From: Candidatus Nomurabacteria bacterium
GTDB taxonomy: Bacteria; Patescibacteriota; Patescibacteriia; HK-STAS-PATE-3
Assembly: GCA_023898465.1 (NCBI GenBank)
Contig: CP060223.1
Span: 320,001-384,000, forward strand
DNA length: 64,000 bases
Direction of reading: 5' to 3'
This document shows positions 46,613 through 54,981 of the stretch, piece after piece. Position numbers and translations under genes: made by a program. The notes beneath the pieces are model-generated. The model did no database searches. It was not told the DNA's origin and worked only from the letters and a program-made list of their open reading frames with translations. The stretch's first letter is position 1; every line of letters begins with the position of its first letter.

Positions 46613-47407
46613 CTAATGCGTTTCAAGAATACAGGTGCAATATCCAACCCCAAAAGGATACTCATAGGCCAAAATACGCCCGAAAAAATGTTTGCGATAT
46701 AAGACTCCGAGCAATAAAGAAAGCGGACCGAGTCCAAGCATTTTTGCTTCCTCCGCTTCTTCATTGCTGATGTGGAGAATTGCTTTTTCATCTCCCTGGA
46801 GTAATGCTTCCATGATTCGGGCATCAAGCGCAGAGGCCTTTGGTGTATACCCAGCCGGTGAGTTTTTCCCACGCTTATATGAAAGGTTTGCGCTGGCAAG
46901 CACGGCAACTCTTTCATTTGTCGCAAATATTTCTTCGCGAAGCATTTTACCAAATTCATACTGTGCTCGATTGTTTGTATTTGCCACCATTAAGGAAACG
47001 AGTCGAGCATTTGGTAGGTGTGGCATTGTTTGCATAGCGCTCAGTACAGTAGCGTAGTCAAGCTGCTGACCGCTTTGTAGCAGGAGAGGGAAGCGATGAT
47101 CCTCCGCTCGTTCTTTTAAGCGATGACTAAAAGCAATACTGCCAGGTACTTCTAACTGAGCGCTAAAGTCGCTAAATTCCTTTAAATCACCTTTAAGCGT
47201 TTCACCTACAGTGATTTCCCAAGCGGCAGGGATAGCGCCCTCGTGGGGGCTAAGGATAACCAATAGGTCTGGCTTGGCAGCATAAAGCTGCTGCGCCAAG
47301 GTATGATAAGCCTGGCGAGTTTTTTGCAGTTGATCGCTTGACCCAGGATTTGGCTCTTGGCTTAGCTGTGGAGGATGTGGGGCGATTGCCGCGAATACCA
47401 GCGACAT
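46613..47407 (-). CDS. Class III extradiol dioxygenase / Memo-like (LigB superfamily) protein
   Basis: 264 aa. The N-terminal …AAIAPHPP… and overall pattern suggest the LigB/MEMO1 superfamily. Tentative. Confidence 0.45.
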   Translation of the reverse strand: MSLVFAAIAPHPPQLSQEPNPGSSDQLQKTRQAYHTLAQQLYAAKPDLLVILSPHEGAIPAAWEITVGETLKGDLKEFSDFSAQLEVPGSIAFSHRLKERAEDHRFPLLLQSGQQLDYATVLSAMQTMPHLPNARLVSLMVANTNNRAQYEFGKMLREEIFATNERVAVLASANLSYKRGKNSPAGYTPKASALDARIMEALLQGDEKAILHISNEEAEEAKMLGLGPLSLLLGVLYRKHFFGRILAYEYPFGVGYCTCILETH

Positions 47408-47413
47408 GCGTGC

Positions 47414-48883
47414 TTATTCTTCAACTTCAAAGGTGATCTTTTCGCCTGTTGGGTGAATATCTAGGGCGCGATCAGTAGTCCAAATGAGATTACTCCATTT
47501 CAAACCCAGTTGGTCAAAAACGCCAGGACTTGGGATACCGCGTTTCACACCGTCGGTGATTAAGTAGACACCGTCGGCTCCAGGGGAGGTGACGATTTCA
47601 CCATCCTTGAATTTTACCGGATCACCAATTGGGTATTGCTCAAGCTCTGCACGACTGACCGTAGTCCATCGCTGATACTTGAAGCGTGACCGTAGAATTT
47701 CCTTTGAGTAAATAGGATGACGAAGTCCATTTTCTACATAGACAATGCCGCCACTTTCGCGTTCCTGAAAAAGTACGCCAATCGGGTGAACGCTGTCCAC
47801 CTTAATCTCATCGCCATCAGGATAGATGGAGAGATCATCGTAGCTAACATGAATCAGCTCTTCAGGATTAAATCCGAGCTGACGGAAAACCTCTCGTGAA
47901 CGAATTGGGCGCTTTTTGCCATCTGCTAAGAGGTAGACGCCACCGTCAGGGGATTGGAGAAGGCTGAATTCAGGATATTTAATTGGTGTTGCGATTGGAT
48001 ACGCCTCGAGGACGAGTGGGTCTACATCAATAACTTTTTCTGGGTCATAGGAGCTATAGAAGGCTGAGCGAGAATGGAAAGGATGCCGCTTGCCATCTTT
48101 GATTAACCAAATACCGGCCTCACCGCGAGCTCGGAGGAGTGCCCCATCAAAATAGCGGACACTAAACCACTCTTGCCAAATCTTGGCAAAGAGAGAGTTG
48201 CCACCCCATCGTGGATCTCCGCCACCATAGGCGCCTACGTAAGGGTTGTAGGTGTAGAGGGCGGCAGTTGCCTCATTATCAGGAGTGATTTCAATACCAT
48301 CAACTGTGGTTTTGGGAATGCCAACGCCCCAACCAGAAACAGTATAGCCGCGTGACTGCATATCAGCTAGATAGCCATTTTGAATGCGATTACCCGCAGA
48401 ATCAACCTGGGTGCCAAATCCGAAATAGGCTGGATCGCAGTCTCCAGGACAGCCATAGCCCAGCGCCCGGTCAATAAGTTCCTGTGATGCAGTTTTTCGG
48501 GCTCGGACAAGTCCTGATTCTTTTTCAATCAAAACTAGGTAAAACTGTGGACTTAGTCGATATTTTGCTGCAGCCTCGGCAATAAGTCCGGCAGCTGATT
48601 TACGCTCGCCCTGCGCGTTATAACCGCTCACATCTTTTAGTGCGCCGCCGAGAGTGTTTAAGAAACGCTGAATTCGCCCTTCATTCATTGACTGCCAGTT
48701 GAAGAGGTCAGTGTTATTCAGCAGGTTATTTTTGTTAAAACTAAACGCTAAACCAGCCTGGGGAAGGCTGATGGTGAGTATGGTCCCTATGACTGCGAGA
48801 AACAGCGTAATTTTTCGCAGATACGGGTTTGAAGTGTTCCGCATGGTAGATAGAAGTATACTGGTTTTTCTGCTATAGTGCAA
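47414..48883 (-). CDS. Secreted protein with an N-terminal domain of unknown function and four tandem ~60-aa C-terminal repeats (consensus about YL[IL]xDGK[KR]xP[IF]xSxxxFxxLGF)
   Basis: Signal/TM N-terminus. Repeats are visible by eye: …DGKRHPFHSRSAFYSSY…, …DGKKRPIRSREVFRQLGF…, …NGLRHPIYSKEILRSRF…, …DGVKRGIPSPGVFDQLGL…. Confidence 0.5.
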   Translation of the reverse strand: MHYSRKTSILLSTMRNTSNPYLRKITLFLAVIGTILTISLPQAGLAFSFNKNNLLNNTDLFNWQSMNEGRIQRFLNTLGGALKDVSGYNAQGERKSAAGLIAEAAAKYRLSPQFYLVLIEKESGLVRARKTASQELIDRALGYGCPGDCDPAYFGFGTQVDSAGNRIQNGYLADMQSRGYTVSGWGVGIPKTTVDGIEITPDNEATAALYTYNPYVGAYGGGDPRWGGNSLFAKIWQEWFSVRYFDGALLRARGEAGIWLIKDGKRHPFHSRSAFYSSYDPEKVIDVDPLVLEAYPIATPIKYPEFSLLQSPDGGVYLLADGKKRPIRSREVFRQLGFNPEELIHVSYDDLSIYPDGDEIKVDSVHPIGVLFQERESGGIVYVENGLRHPIYSKEILRSRFKYQRWTTVSRAELEQYPIGDPVKFKDGEIVTSPGADGVYLITDGVKRGIPSPGVFDQLGLKWSNLIWTTDRALDIHPTGEKITFEVEE

Positions 48884-49015
48884 GCGATGAGTGGCTTGCT
48901 AAAAATCAATTCTCAAGCAGTAAAACGTGCATGAAATGAGTAAGTTTGTTACTCAATACATCGTTTTGTCTACTCATCTGTTACGGATTAAGATGATGTT
49001 TCAATTGCAAAACCT

Positions 49016-49744
49016 ATGTTAAAGCTTTTTGGTGTACGTATTGATTCTCTGACAAAGGATGAACTGCGAAACAAGTTATTTGCGTTTCGTCAGAGCAGGG
49101 GACACATGATTGCCACGGTGAATCCGGAAATGTTGATGGAGGCTCGAGAAAATAAGGATTTGCAAAAAGCACTCGAGCAAGCTGATCTTCGTTTACCAGA
49201 CGGATTTGGCGTTATGCTGGCGGCAAAGTATCGTGGTCAGGCTTTAGCAGATCGACATCCAGGAATTGATATTATGAGCACCCTATTAGCACAGGCGGCC
49301 AAACAACAGGAGCGGGTGTATCTCTTTGGTGCTAAGTCAGGTGTGGCAGAAAAAGCAGCTGCTCGTCTGGTAAAAAAACATCCAGGCCTACAGATTGTCG
49401 GAGCAGAAAGTGGATTTCGTTTTTGGGGTATTCGCTTATCTGATCGTGAAATGCGTGATCGCATCAAACGCGCAAAACCAGACTTACTCTTCGTAGCGCT
49501 TGGTATCCCTAAGCAGGAGCTATGGCTAGCAAAAAATCTGCCACACCTTTCATCAGTGAAAATCGCTGTAGGCGTCGGTGGCGCTTTTGACGTTTTTGCC
49601 GGAAACGTACGTCGAGCACCTAGTTTCCTGCGAGTTATTGGCTTAGAATGGTTTTGGCGCCTCCTTGTACAACCATGGCGCTGGCAGCGAATTATCACTG
49701 CTACCTATCGTTTCTCACTGGCTGTAATTCGCGCGAAAGAATGA
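49016..49744 (+). CDS. WecB/TagA/CpsF-family glycosyltransferase (GT26; N-acetylmannosaminyl/glucosyl transferase-like)
   Basis: 242 aa. The conserved GT26 pattern is present (…LPDGFGVMLAAKY…, …LLFVALGIPKQELW…). Confidence 0.78.
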   Translation: MLKLFGVRIDSLTKDELRNKLFAFRQSRGHMIATVNPEMLMEARENKDLQKALEQADLRLPDGFGVMLAAKYRGQALADRHPGIDIMSTLLAQAAKQQERVYLFGAKSGVAEKAAARLVKKHPGLQIVGAESGFRFWGIRLSDREMRDRIKRAKPDLLFVALGIPKQELWLAKNLPHLSSVKIAVGVGGAFDVFAGNVRRAPSFLRVIGLEWFWRLLVQPWRWQRIITATYRFSLAVIRAKE

Positions 49745-50892
49745 AATTACCCAGCACCACATTTTCACAGTTAAGTATTTTACTCGGAGCAATACTGGGC
49801 GTGGGCATGTTTGGTTTGCCTTATTTGACAGCCCGAGCGGGTTGGACAAGTCTTTTACTTTGGTTTTTGGTAGCCGGGTTTGTTTTACTTATTGTTGGAT
49901 TTTGCTATATCCGCATTTTGCATAATAGTCAGGGCCAACACCGGCTACCCGGTTATGTTGAACAGCACTTAGGGCATCGTTGGAAACAGGCAGCAATTTT
50001 CACCACCACGATGAGTATTTGGGGCGCCTTGCTCGTATACGCTATCCTAGGCGGACAATTCTTGCATGATTTATTTGCGGATAGTGTGGGAGGTAGTTCG
50101 CTATTCTACCTCTTAGTTTTTTATGTGAGTGCGGCGGCTCTCCTTTATGTACAAGCAAAAACAATTGCTCGTGTGGAAATTTTATTGCTTTGTTTCTTCC
50201 TTGTGCTTCTGGCGATGTTATTTATCACAGGATCACGAACTGTGCAGTTTGATTTTTCTTCTTGGGATATTCGATACTTTATTCTGCCTTACGGCGCAGT
50301 ACTTTTTTCACTCTGGGGCATTGATGTGGTACCCGATGCAGCTGAGTTAGGGGAGAGGAGTGAAAAGCATATGCGTAAAACGTATTTTATTGCCCTAGCG
50401 AGCGCTGTGCTTATTTATTGCTTGTTTGTTTATGCAATACTTTCAATGAGTGGCATGGCGAGTAGTCGAGACGCACTTAGTGGCTTGGTTGGATTATTGC
50501 CACAAAAAGTTTTATTGTTCGGCTATATAATTGGTTTCATTGCCACCTTTACCTCTTTCATTAGTTTGGGAATGAATCTGCACAAGACTTTTCAATTTGA
50601 TTATGGTCAATCTAAGCACCTCGCGCTTTTTTCTACTTTAGCTTTCCCATTGGCCGTAGCTCTAGCTGGAGTTAGTGATTACTTAAATGTCATGGGTATT
50701 GTTGGATCGCTGGCAGTTGGTGCCGAGGCAATTATTATCCTGCACATGTATGATCGTTTTTCCCATGGCAGAGCACATCTCTATCGGCAGCGCGACTGGC
50801 TTACTTTTCTCACTCGTCCGCTCATGCTACTCTTGGGATTCGGAGTTATCTTAGGCATTCTTACCCCATTTTTATTGAAGTATTATGGCTGA
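49741..50892 (+). CDS. Amino-acid-transporter-like polytopic membrane protein (APC superfamily-like, ~11 TM). Internal ATG at 49741 (ATGA overlap).
   Basis: About 383 aa, all hydrophobic helices. N-terminal …LGVGMFGLPY… resembles aromatic/hydroxy amino-acid permease families. Tentative. Confidence 0.45.
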   Translation: MKLPSTTFSQLSILLGAILGVGMFGLPYLTARAGWTSLLLWFLVAGFVLLIVGFCYIRILHNSQGQHRLPGYVEQHLGHRWKQAAIFTTTMSIWGALLVYAILGGQFLHDLFADSVGGSSLFYLLVFYVSAAALLYVQAKTIARVEILLLCFFLVLLAMLFITGSRTVQFDFSSWDIRYFILPYGAVLFSLWGIDVVPDAAELGERSEKHMRKTYFIALASAVLIYCLFVYAILSMSGMASSRDALSGLVGLLPQKVLLFGYIIGFIATFTSFISLGMNLHKTFQFDYGQSKHLALFSTLAFPLAVALAGVSDYLNVMGIVGSLAVGAEAIIILHMYDRFSHGRAHLYRQRDWLTFLTRPLMLLLGFGVILGILTPFLLKYYG

Positions 50893-52321
50893 TTTGACGG
50901 CACCTCGAGTCCGATTTGCCCCTTCGCCAACTGGTGAGCTGCACCTCGGTGGATTACGGACCGCATATTATGATTGGTTACTTGCTCGCAAGTATGGCGG
51001 TACATTTGTTTTACGTATCGAGGACACGGATAGGACACGCTATGTAGAGGGAGCAGAAGAGCGCTTGTTAGCAACTCTCCAACAATTAGGCTTGCAGCCA
51101 GACGAGGGTCCGGGCCTGGGTGGTGAGTATGGACCATATCGTCAATCTGAGCGGCTAAGCATCTATCATGAGGCGATACAAGAGTTGATTGAGAAGAAGC
51201 AGGCATATTATTGTACTTGTACACCGGAGCGATTAGAAAAAATGCGTGCTGAGCAAAGCGCAAACAAGCAAGCTCCAGGCTATGATCGACATTGTCGTGA
51301 TCGTTATAATGAAAAACCAACTGAGCCGCATGTAGTACGTTTTCGCATGCCGGATAATGAAAAAATCACGGTAAATGATTTCTTACGGGGTAACTTAAAC
51401 GTTGCTACTAGCACGCTGGATGATTTTGTTATTCTCAAGGCTGACGGGTTTCCCACCTATCACAGCGCAGTGGTCATCGATGATCATGCTATGCAGATTA
51501 CGCACGTTTTGAGGGGCGAGGAATGGTTACCATCATTACCAAAGCACGTTTTGCTTTATCAGGCCTTTGGATGGGAAGCGCCGGTTTTTGTCCACCTCCC
51601 GCTCATCTTAGGTAAAGACAAGAAAAAGCTTTCGAAACGCCATGGCGCGCATTCAGTAGAAAAATTTTTGCAAGACGGTGTATTGTCTGAGCCTTTGTTA
51701 AACGCGATTGCTTTGCTGGGATGGCACGCCTCTGATGATCAAGAAAAATATACCCGCCAGGAATTATTAGCAAAGTTTTCACTAGAAGGATTGCAAAAAT
51801 CTTCAGCAGTTTTTGATCCGGAAAAATTAGCCTGGCTCAATGCGCAGTATATCAAAACAATGGATATAAAAGACTTGAGCGTGCTTGCCCGGCCTTATAT
51901 TTCTGATGTGATCGCTCCGCAATATCTTGAGCGATTAGATGAGGCGCTGCCACTCGTAATTGAACGAATTACACAGCTGAGTGAATTACCTGAGCGGCTG
52001 AGCTTTTTACAGAACGAGTTACACTATGATCAGGAAATCGTTCCCTTCAAAACACAGAGTAGGGAAGAGGCGCATGCCGCGCTTCAGCAAGATATGGATT
52101 GGCTGATGGCGTACAATGGTGAATGGGGTACGCAAGCTTTAGAAAAATTCTTCCATGAGCAAGTAGAAACTCTGGGTAAAAAAGTGGGAGAATATTTTTG
52201 GCCCTTGCGTGTCGCCTTGAGCGGCAAGAAAGCCTCACCTGGGACATTTGAGCTGCTGCATTTCTTCGGTAGGGAAGAGGCGCAAAAGCGCATTCAACAA
52301 GCATTGCAAGCGCTTCAATAA
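50885..52321 (+). CDS. gltX: Glutamyl-tRNA synthetase
   Basis: HIGH motif (PSPTGELHLGG), KMSKS variant (KLSKR) and an anticodon-binding C-terminal domain. 478 aa. Confidence 0.95.
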   Translation: MADLTAPRVRFAPSPTGELHLGGLRTAYYDWLLARKYGGTFVLRIEDTDRTRYVEGAEERLLATLQQLGLQPDEGPGLGGEYGPYRQSERLSIYHEAIQELIEKKQAYYCTCTPERLEKMRAEQSANKQAPGYDRHCRDRYNEKPTEPHVVRFRMPDNEKITVNDFLRGNLNVATSTLDDFVILKADGFPTYHSAVVIDDHAMQITHVLRGEEWLPSLPKHVLLYQAFGWEAPVFVHLPLILGKDKKKLSKRHGAHSVEKFLQDGVLSEPLLNAIALLGWHASDDQEKYTRQELLAKFSLEGLQKSSAVFDPEKLAWLNAQYIKTMDIKDLSVLARPYISDVIAPQYLERLDEALPLVIERITQLSELPERLSFLQNELHYDQEIVPFKTQSREEAHAALQQDMDWLMAYNGEWGTQALEKFFHEQVETLGKKVGEYFWPLRVALSGKKASPGTFELLHFFGREEAQKRIQQALQALQ

Positions 52322-52330
52322 TAGTTAGTC

Positions 52331-52385
52331 GCAGGCGAGGAGTTTATCCTCGCCGAATCCAAACGCCCAAGATAAATTCTTGGGC
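52331..52385. repeat. Left arm of a 55-nt inverted-repeat pair (double-hairpin element: GGCGAGGA-GTTTA-TCCTCGCC … GCCCAAGA-TAAAT-TCTTGGGC)
   Basis: Its reverse complement matches 54771-54824 at 52 of 54 positions. It lies 10 nt after the gltX stop. Confidence 0.85.
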
Positions 52386-52526
52386 TACGCGTGAATGAGT
52401 ATCTTCAGCAATAAATGCATTCACACAAGCGTAACAAGAGTAAGACTTGTGCGATATACAGTATGTTAACGGTTTTTTGTGAGGACTAGCCAAAAACTTT
52501 ATCTCGTGCTATAGTATATAGGCAAT

Positions 52527-53852
52527 ATGGGGGCAAAAAAGCTCAACCAAAAAGCAAAATATCTACGCATTAGTATATGCACCCTCCTGGTCGCAATAAT
52601 CGCGGCTGGCGGCTTTTTGTCATTCTCATGGCAGCAATTAGCTGGTATTGCGAAAGCTCAAGACGTTAGTATTCCAGATGAAACAACAACCGAGCTCATT
52701 AATCTCAATAGTGATATTGAAAATAAGCGCGATGAAATTAATGACTTAGAAAAGAAGAGTCAAGCCTACCAGCAAAATATTAACAAGAAACTCCAGCAAT
52801 CGCAGTCAATTGAAACGCAGCTTTCCACTTTAGAGGATCAAATCGCTCAGACGGAAACCGATCTCGAAAAAACCAATCTAGAGGTTGAGAAGTATGGATT
52901 AGAAATACAGCAAGTAGAGGGATCAATAGCCAAGCGAAATGAAGAAATAGATGCGGCAAAAGATCGAATCGGTGAGTTTATTCGAGTCATGCATCGCAAT
53001 GATAGTCGCACATATTTAGAAATTTCTTTACTACATGATAACTTCTCGAGTTATTTCATGCAGGAACGGGCGGTAAAGGATATTGAAAATGAAACCAAGA
53101 AGGCGCTTGATCAGCTGCATGTGTTAAAACAGGGTCTAGAGGATGATCTAGATACCTTAACTGACAAAAAGCGTGAACTCGATGAGGCAAAAACACGTTT
53201 GGAAAGTACTAAAGATGCGCATGCACAGGAGTTAGAATACCAACAGTTGCTTTTGACTCAGGTGCAAGGGGAGTCAGGTGAATTACAATCATTGCTTGAT
53301 GAGGTCCAACAGCAGGTTAATCAGGCCACTTCCGAAGTTTCTGTACTTGAGAATCGTTTCCGCGACCGTCTCTCTGAGGAAAATATCGATTTAGATACTT
53401 TACTGCAGGCTCAAAATGACTTTATTTGGCCAGTAAATCCAACTCGAGGCATTAGTGCTTATTTCCATGATCCTAGCTATCCTTATCGCGGCTATTTTGA
53501 GCATAACGCTATTGATGTCCCGACGCCTCAAGGCACTCAAGTTCGGGCTTCCGCCGATGGTATAGTAAGTATTGCTCGTGACACAAATTGGACCACCGAC
53601 AGCAGGGGACGACGAATTCCAGCCTATAACTATGTTTCCATCATTCACGGTGGCGGTATTTCAACGGTCTATGGCCACTTAAGTGCGGTATATGTGTCGC
53701 CAGAGCAATTTGTCCGCAAAGGAGAGGTGATAGGATTAAGTGGGGCAACGCCTGGCACGGCTGGTGCTGGACTCTTTACGACCGGACCACACTTGCACTT
53801 AGAGTTTCGACTTAACGGTATTCCAGTTAATCCTTTGAACTACTTGCCGTAG
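52527..53852 (+). CDS. Membrane-anchored coiled-coil M23-family (LytM-domain) peptidoglycan endopeptidase, EnvC/NlpD-like architecture but with an intact metal site
   Basis: N-terminal TM helix, about 250 aa of heptad-rich coiled coil, then a C-terminal M23 domain with H-x(3)-D (…HNAIDV…) and HLH (…GPHLHLEF…) zinc ligands. Confidence 0.8.
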   Translation: MGAKKLNQKAKYLRISICTLLVAIIAAGGFLSFSWQQLAGIAKAQDVSIPDETTTELINLNSDIENKRDEINDLEKKSQAYQQNINKKLQQSQSIETQLSTLEDQIAQTETDLEKTNLEVEKYGLEIQQVEGSIAKRNEEIDAAKDRIGEFIRVMHRNDSRTYLEISLLHDNFSSYFMQERAVKDIENETKKALDQLHVLKQGLEDDLDTLTDKKRELDEAKTRLESTKDAHAQELEYQQLLLTQVQGESGELQSLLDEVQQQVNQATSEVSVLENRFRDRLSEENIDLDTLLQAQNDFIWPVNPTRGISAYFHDPSYPYRGYFEHNAIDVPTPQGTQVRASADGIVSIARDTNWTTDSRGRRIPAYNYVSIIHGGGISTVYGHLSAVYVSPEQFVRKGEVIGLSGATPGTAGAGLFTTGPHLHLEFRLNGIPVNPLNYLP

Positions 53853-53887
53853 CATTCTTGTGTGAATGTTGTCGAATTGCCGCAGGC

Positions 53888-53915
53888 CTTTACCGGGCCT
53901 GTTTTGTTAGGTACT
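53888..53915 (+). terminator. Rho-independent terminator after the M23 peptidase gene (CAGGCC-TTTACCG-GGCCTG followed by TTTT)
   Basis: A GC-rich hairpin plus a T-run about 35 nt after the stop codon. Confidence 0.55.
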
Positions 53916-54014
53916 ATGTTCATACTGCAACATAGGGAGAGGAGGGCTTCCCATTGTTGGCGTAAGCTACTCCTGCATATTGACAAAGGACTGTAGAGCA
54001 TTGGAGGGTTAACC

Positions 54015-54668
54015 ATGCGTTGGAAGAGCATGTCTTACCTGGCCTTCTTGATGGCCTTCATCGTCAGTCTCGGTACGTGGACGGGCGCTCAGGCAGCTGA
54101 GGAAGAGGTCTGTGATCCTCAGCCGGTGATCATGTGCACTTCGGCCTACTATGACTTCATGAGGCTCCTCACGGACGGTAACTGCTCGACTGTGGTGACC
54201 GAAGGGGAGAGCTCCTGGACCTTCAATTCGTGGCCACTGCTGTACTGCACGCAAGTGCCGGCAACGCTCAACTACGATGACTACTTCAGCACCGTGTCGA
54301 GTACGATCGAGCTGCGCGACGAGCATCCTTCGTTGAGCTTGATGAGTGACGGCGAGTGCTTCGAGGTCTACGCGGCGTGTCAGGGAGGTGCCTACGGCGT
54401 CACGGTGATGTATACGCACGCTGATGGATCGATGAGCTACGTCGGACAGCCGGGTGATTGCCCAGTCCAGATCAGTGGCGCCATTGCACTCAAGTTCGAC
54501 GGCGAGGCGCGCGAGCTCTACGTCGACGAGGGTTTTCGGACTCAAGTCTATCGAGTCGATGACCCACTTGGCTCACAGCACGCTCGAACCCTTCTACCGG
54601 ACCAGGCCGATACCCAAAGCGATAGGGTAGCGACCGACCAGTTCGCTGAAGTGGTATCCACGCGCTAG
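54015..54668 (+). CDS. Cysteine-rich secreted hypothetical protein with a signal peptide. The gene has strikingly high GC and GC3 relative to the rest of the window.
   Basis: 217 aa with N-terminal signal peptide MRWKSMSYLAFLMAFIVSLGTWTGAQA and 8 Cys in the mature part. Codons are dominated by G/C-ending triplets. A long spurious antisense ORF (54009..54545) is typical for GC-rich genes. Confidence 0.6.
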   Translation: MRWKSMSYLAFLMAFIVSLGTWTGAQAAEEEVCDPQPVIMCTSAYYDFMRLLTDGNCSTVVTEGESSWTFNSWPLLYCTQVPATLNYDDYFSTVSSTIELRDEHPSLSLMSDGECFEVYAACQGGAYGVTVMYTHADGSMSYVGQPGDCPVQISGAIALKFDGEARELYVDEGFRTQVYRVDDPLGSQHARTLLPDQADTQSDRVATDQFAEVVSTR

Positions 54669-54675
54669 TTCCCAG

Positions 54676-54728
54676 CTCGGAGCAAGTTACTTACTTAGGT
54701 GAGTAGCAGCTCCGAGCTTTCTTTCTTT
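54676..54728 (+). terminator. Terminator-like long hairpin after the GC-rich gene (AGCTCGGAGC … GCTCCGAGCT, 10-bp stem) followed by a TTTCTTTCTTT tract
   Basis: A perfect 10-bp stem with a T-rich tail. Confidence 0.5.
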
Positions 54729-54770
54729 AAAGAAGCTATTACAAGCGAGAAGTATAATGCATCTACGCTA

Positions 54771-54824
54771 CCCAAGAATTTATCTTGGGCGTTTAGATTC
54801 GGCGAGGATAAATTCCTCGCCTGC
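54771..54824. repeat. Right arm of the inverted-repeat pair (inverted copy of 52331-52385)
   Basis: CCCAAGAATTTATCTTGGGCGTTTAGATTCGGCGAGGATAAATTCCTCGCCTGC is the reverse complement of the left arm except at 2 positions. Confidence 0.85.
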
Positions 54825-54981
54825 TCTTAGAGGGGAGCATAACCTGTGTAACTAATATAGTGTCGCACAATATATCTTCTACGTCGCTATAACCATATAA
54901 TGCAATAAAAGGCCTATTCCTAGCATCTAGGCAGATAGTGCGAAATTAGCCTCTATTTTGCTCTCTACGGCGTCTTTTACC

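Noticed and set aside
54009-54545. 178-aa minus-strand ORF fully inside the GC-rich secreted-protein gene
   Set aside because: It is the mirror-image ORF that high-GC coding sequence typically generates on the opposite strand. It has no start context and an Arg/Ala/His-rich low-complexity translation. The sense ORF has a signal peptide and coherent codon usage.
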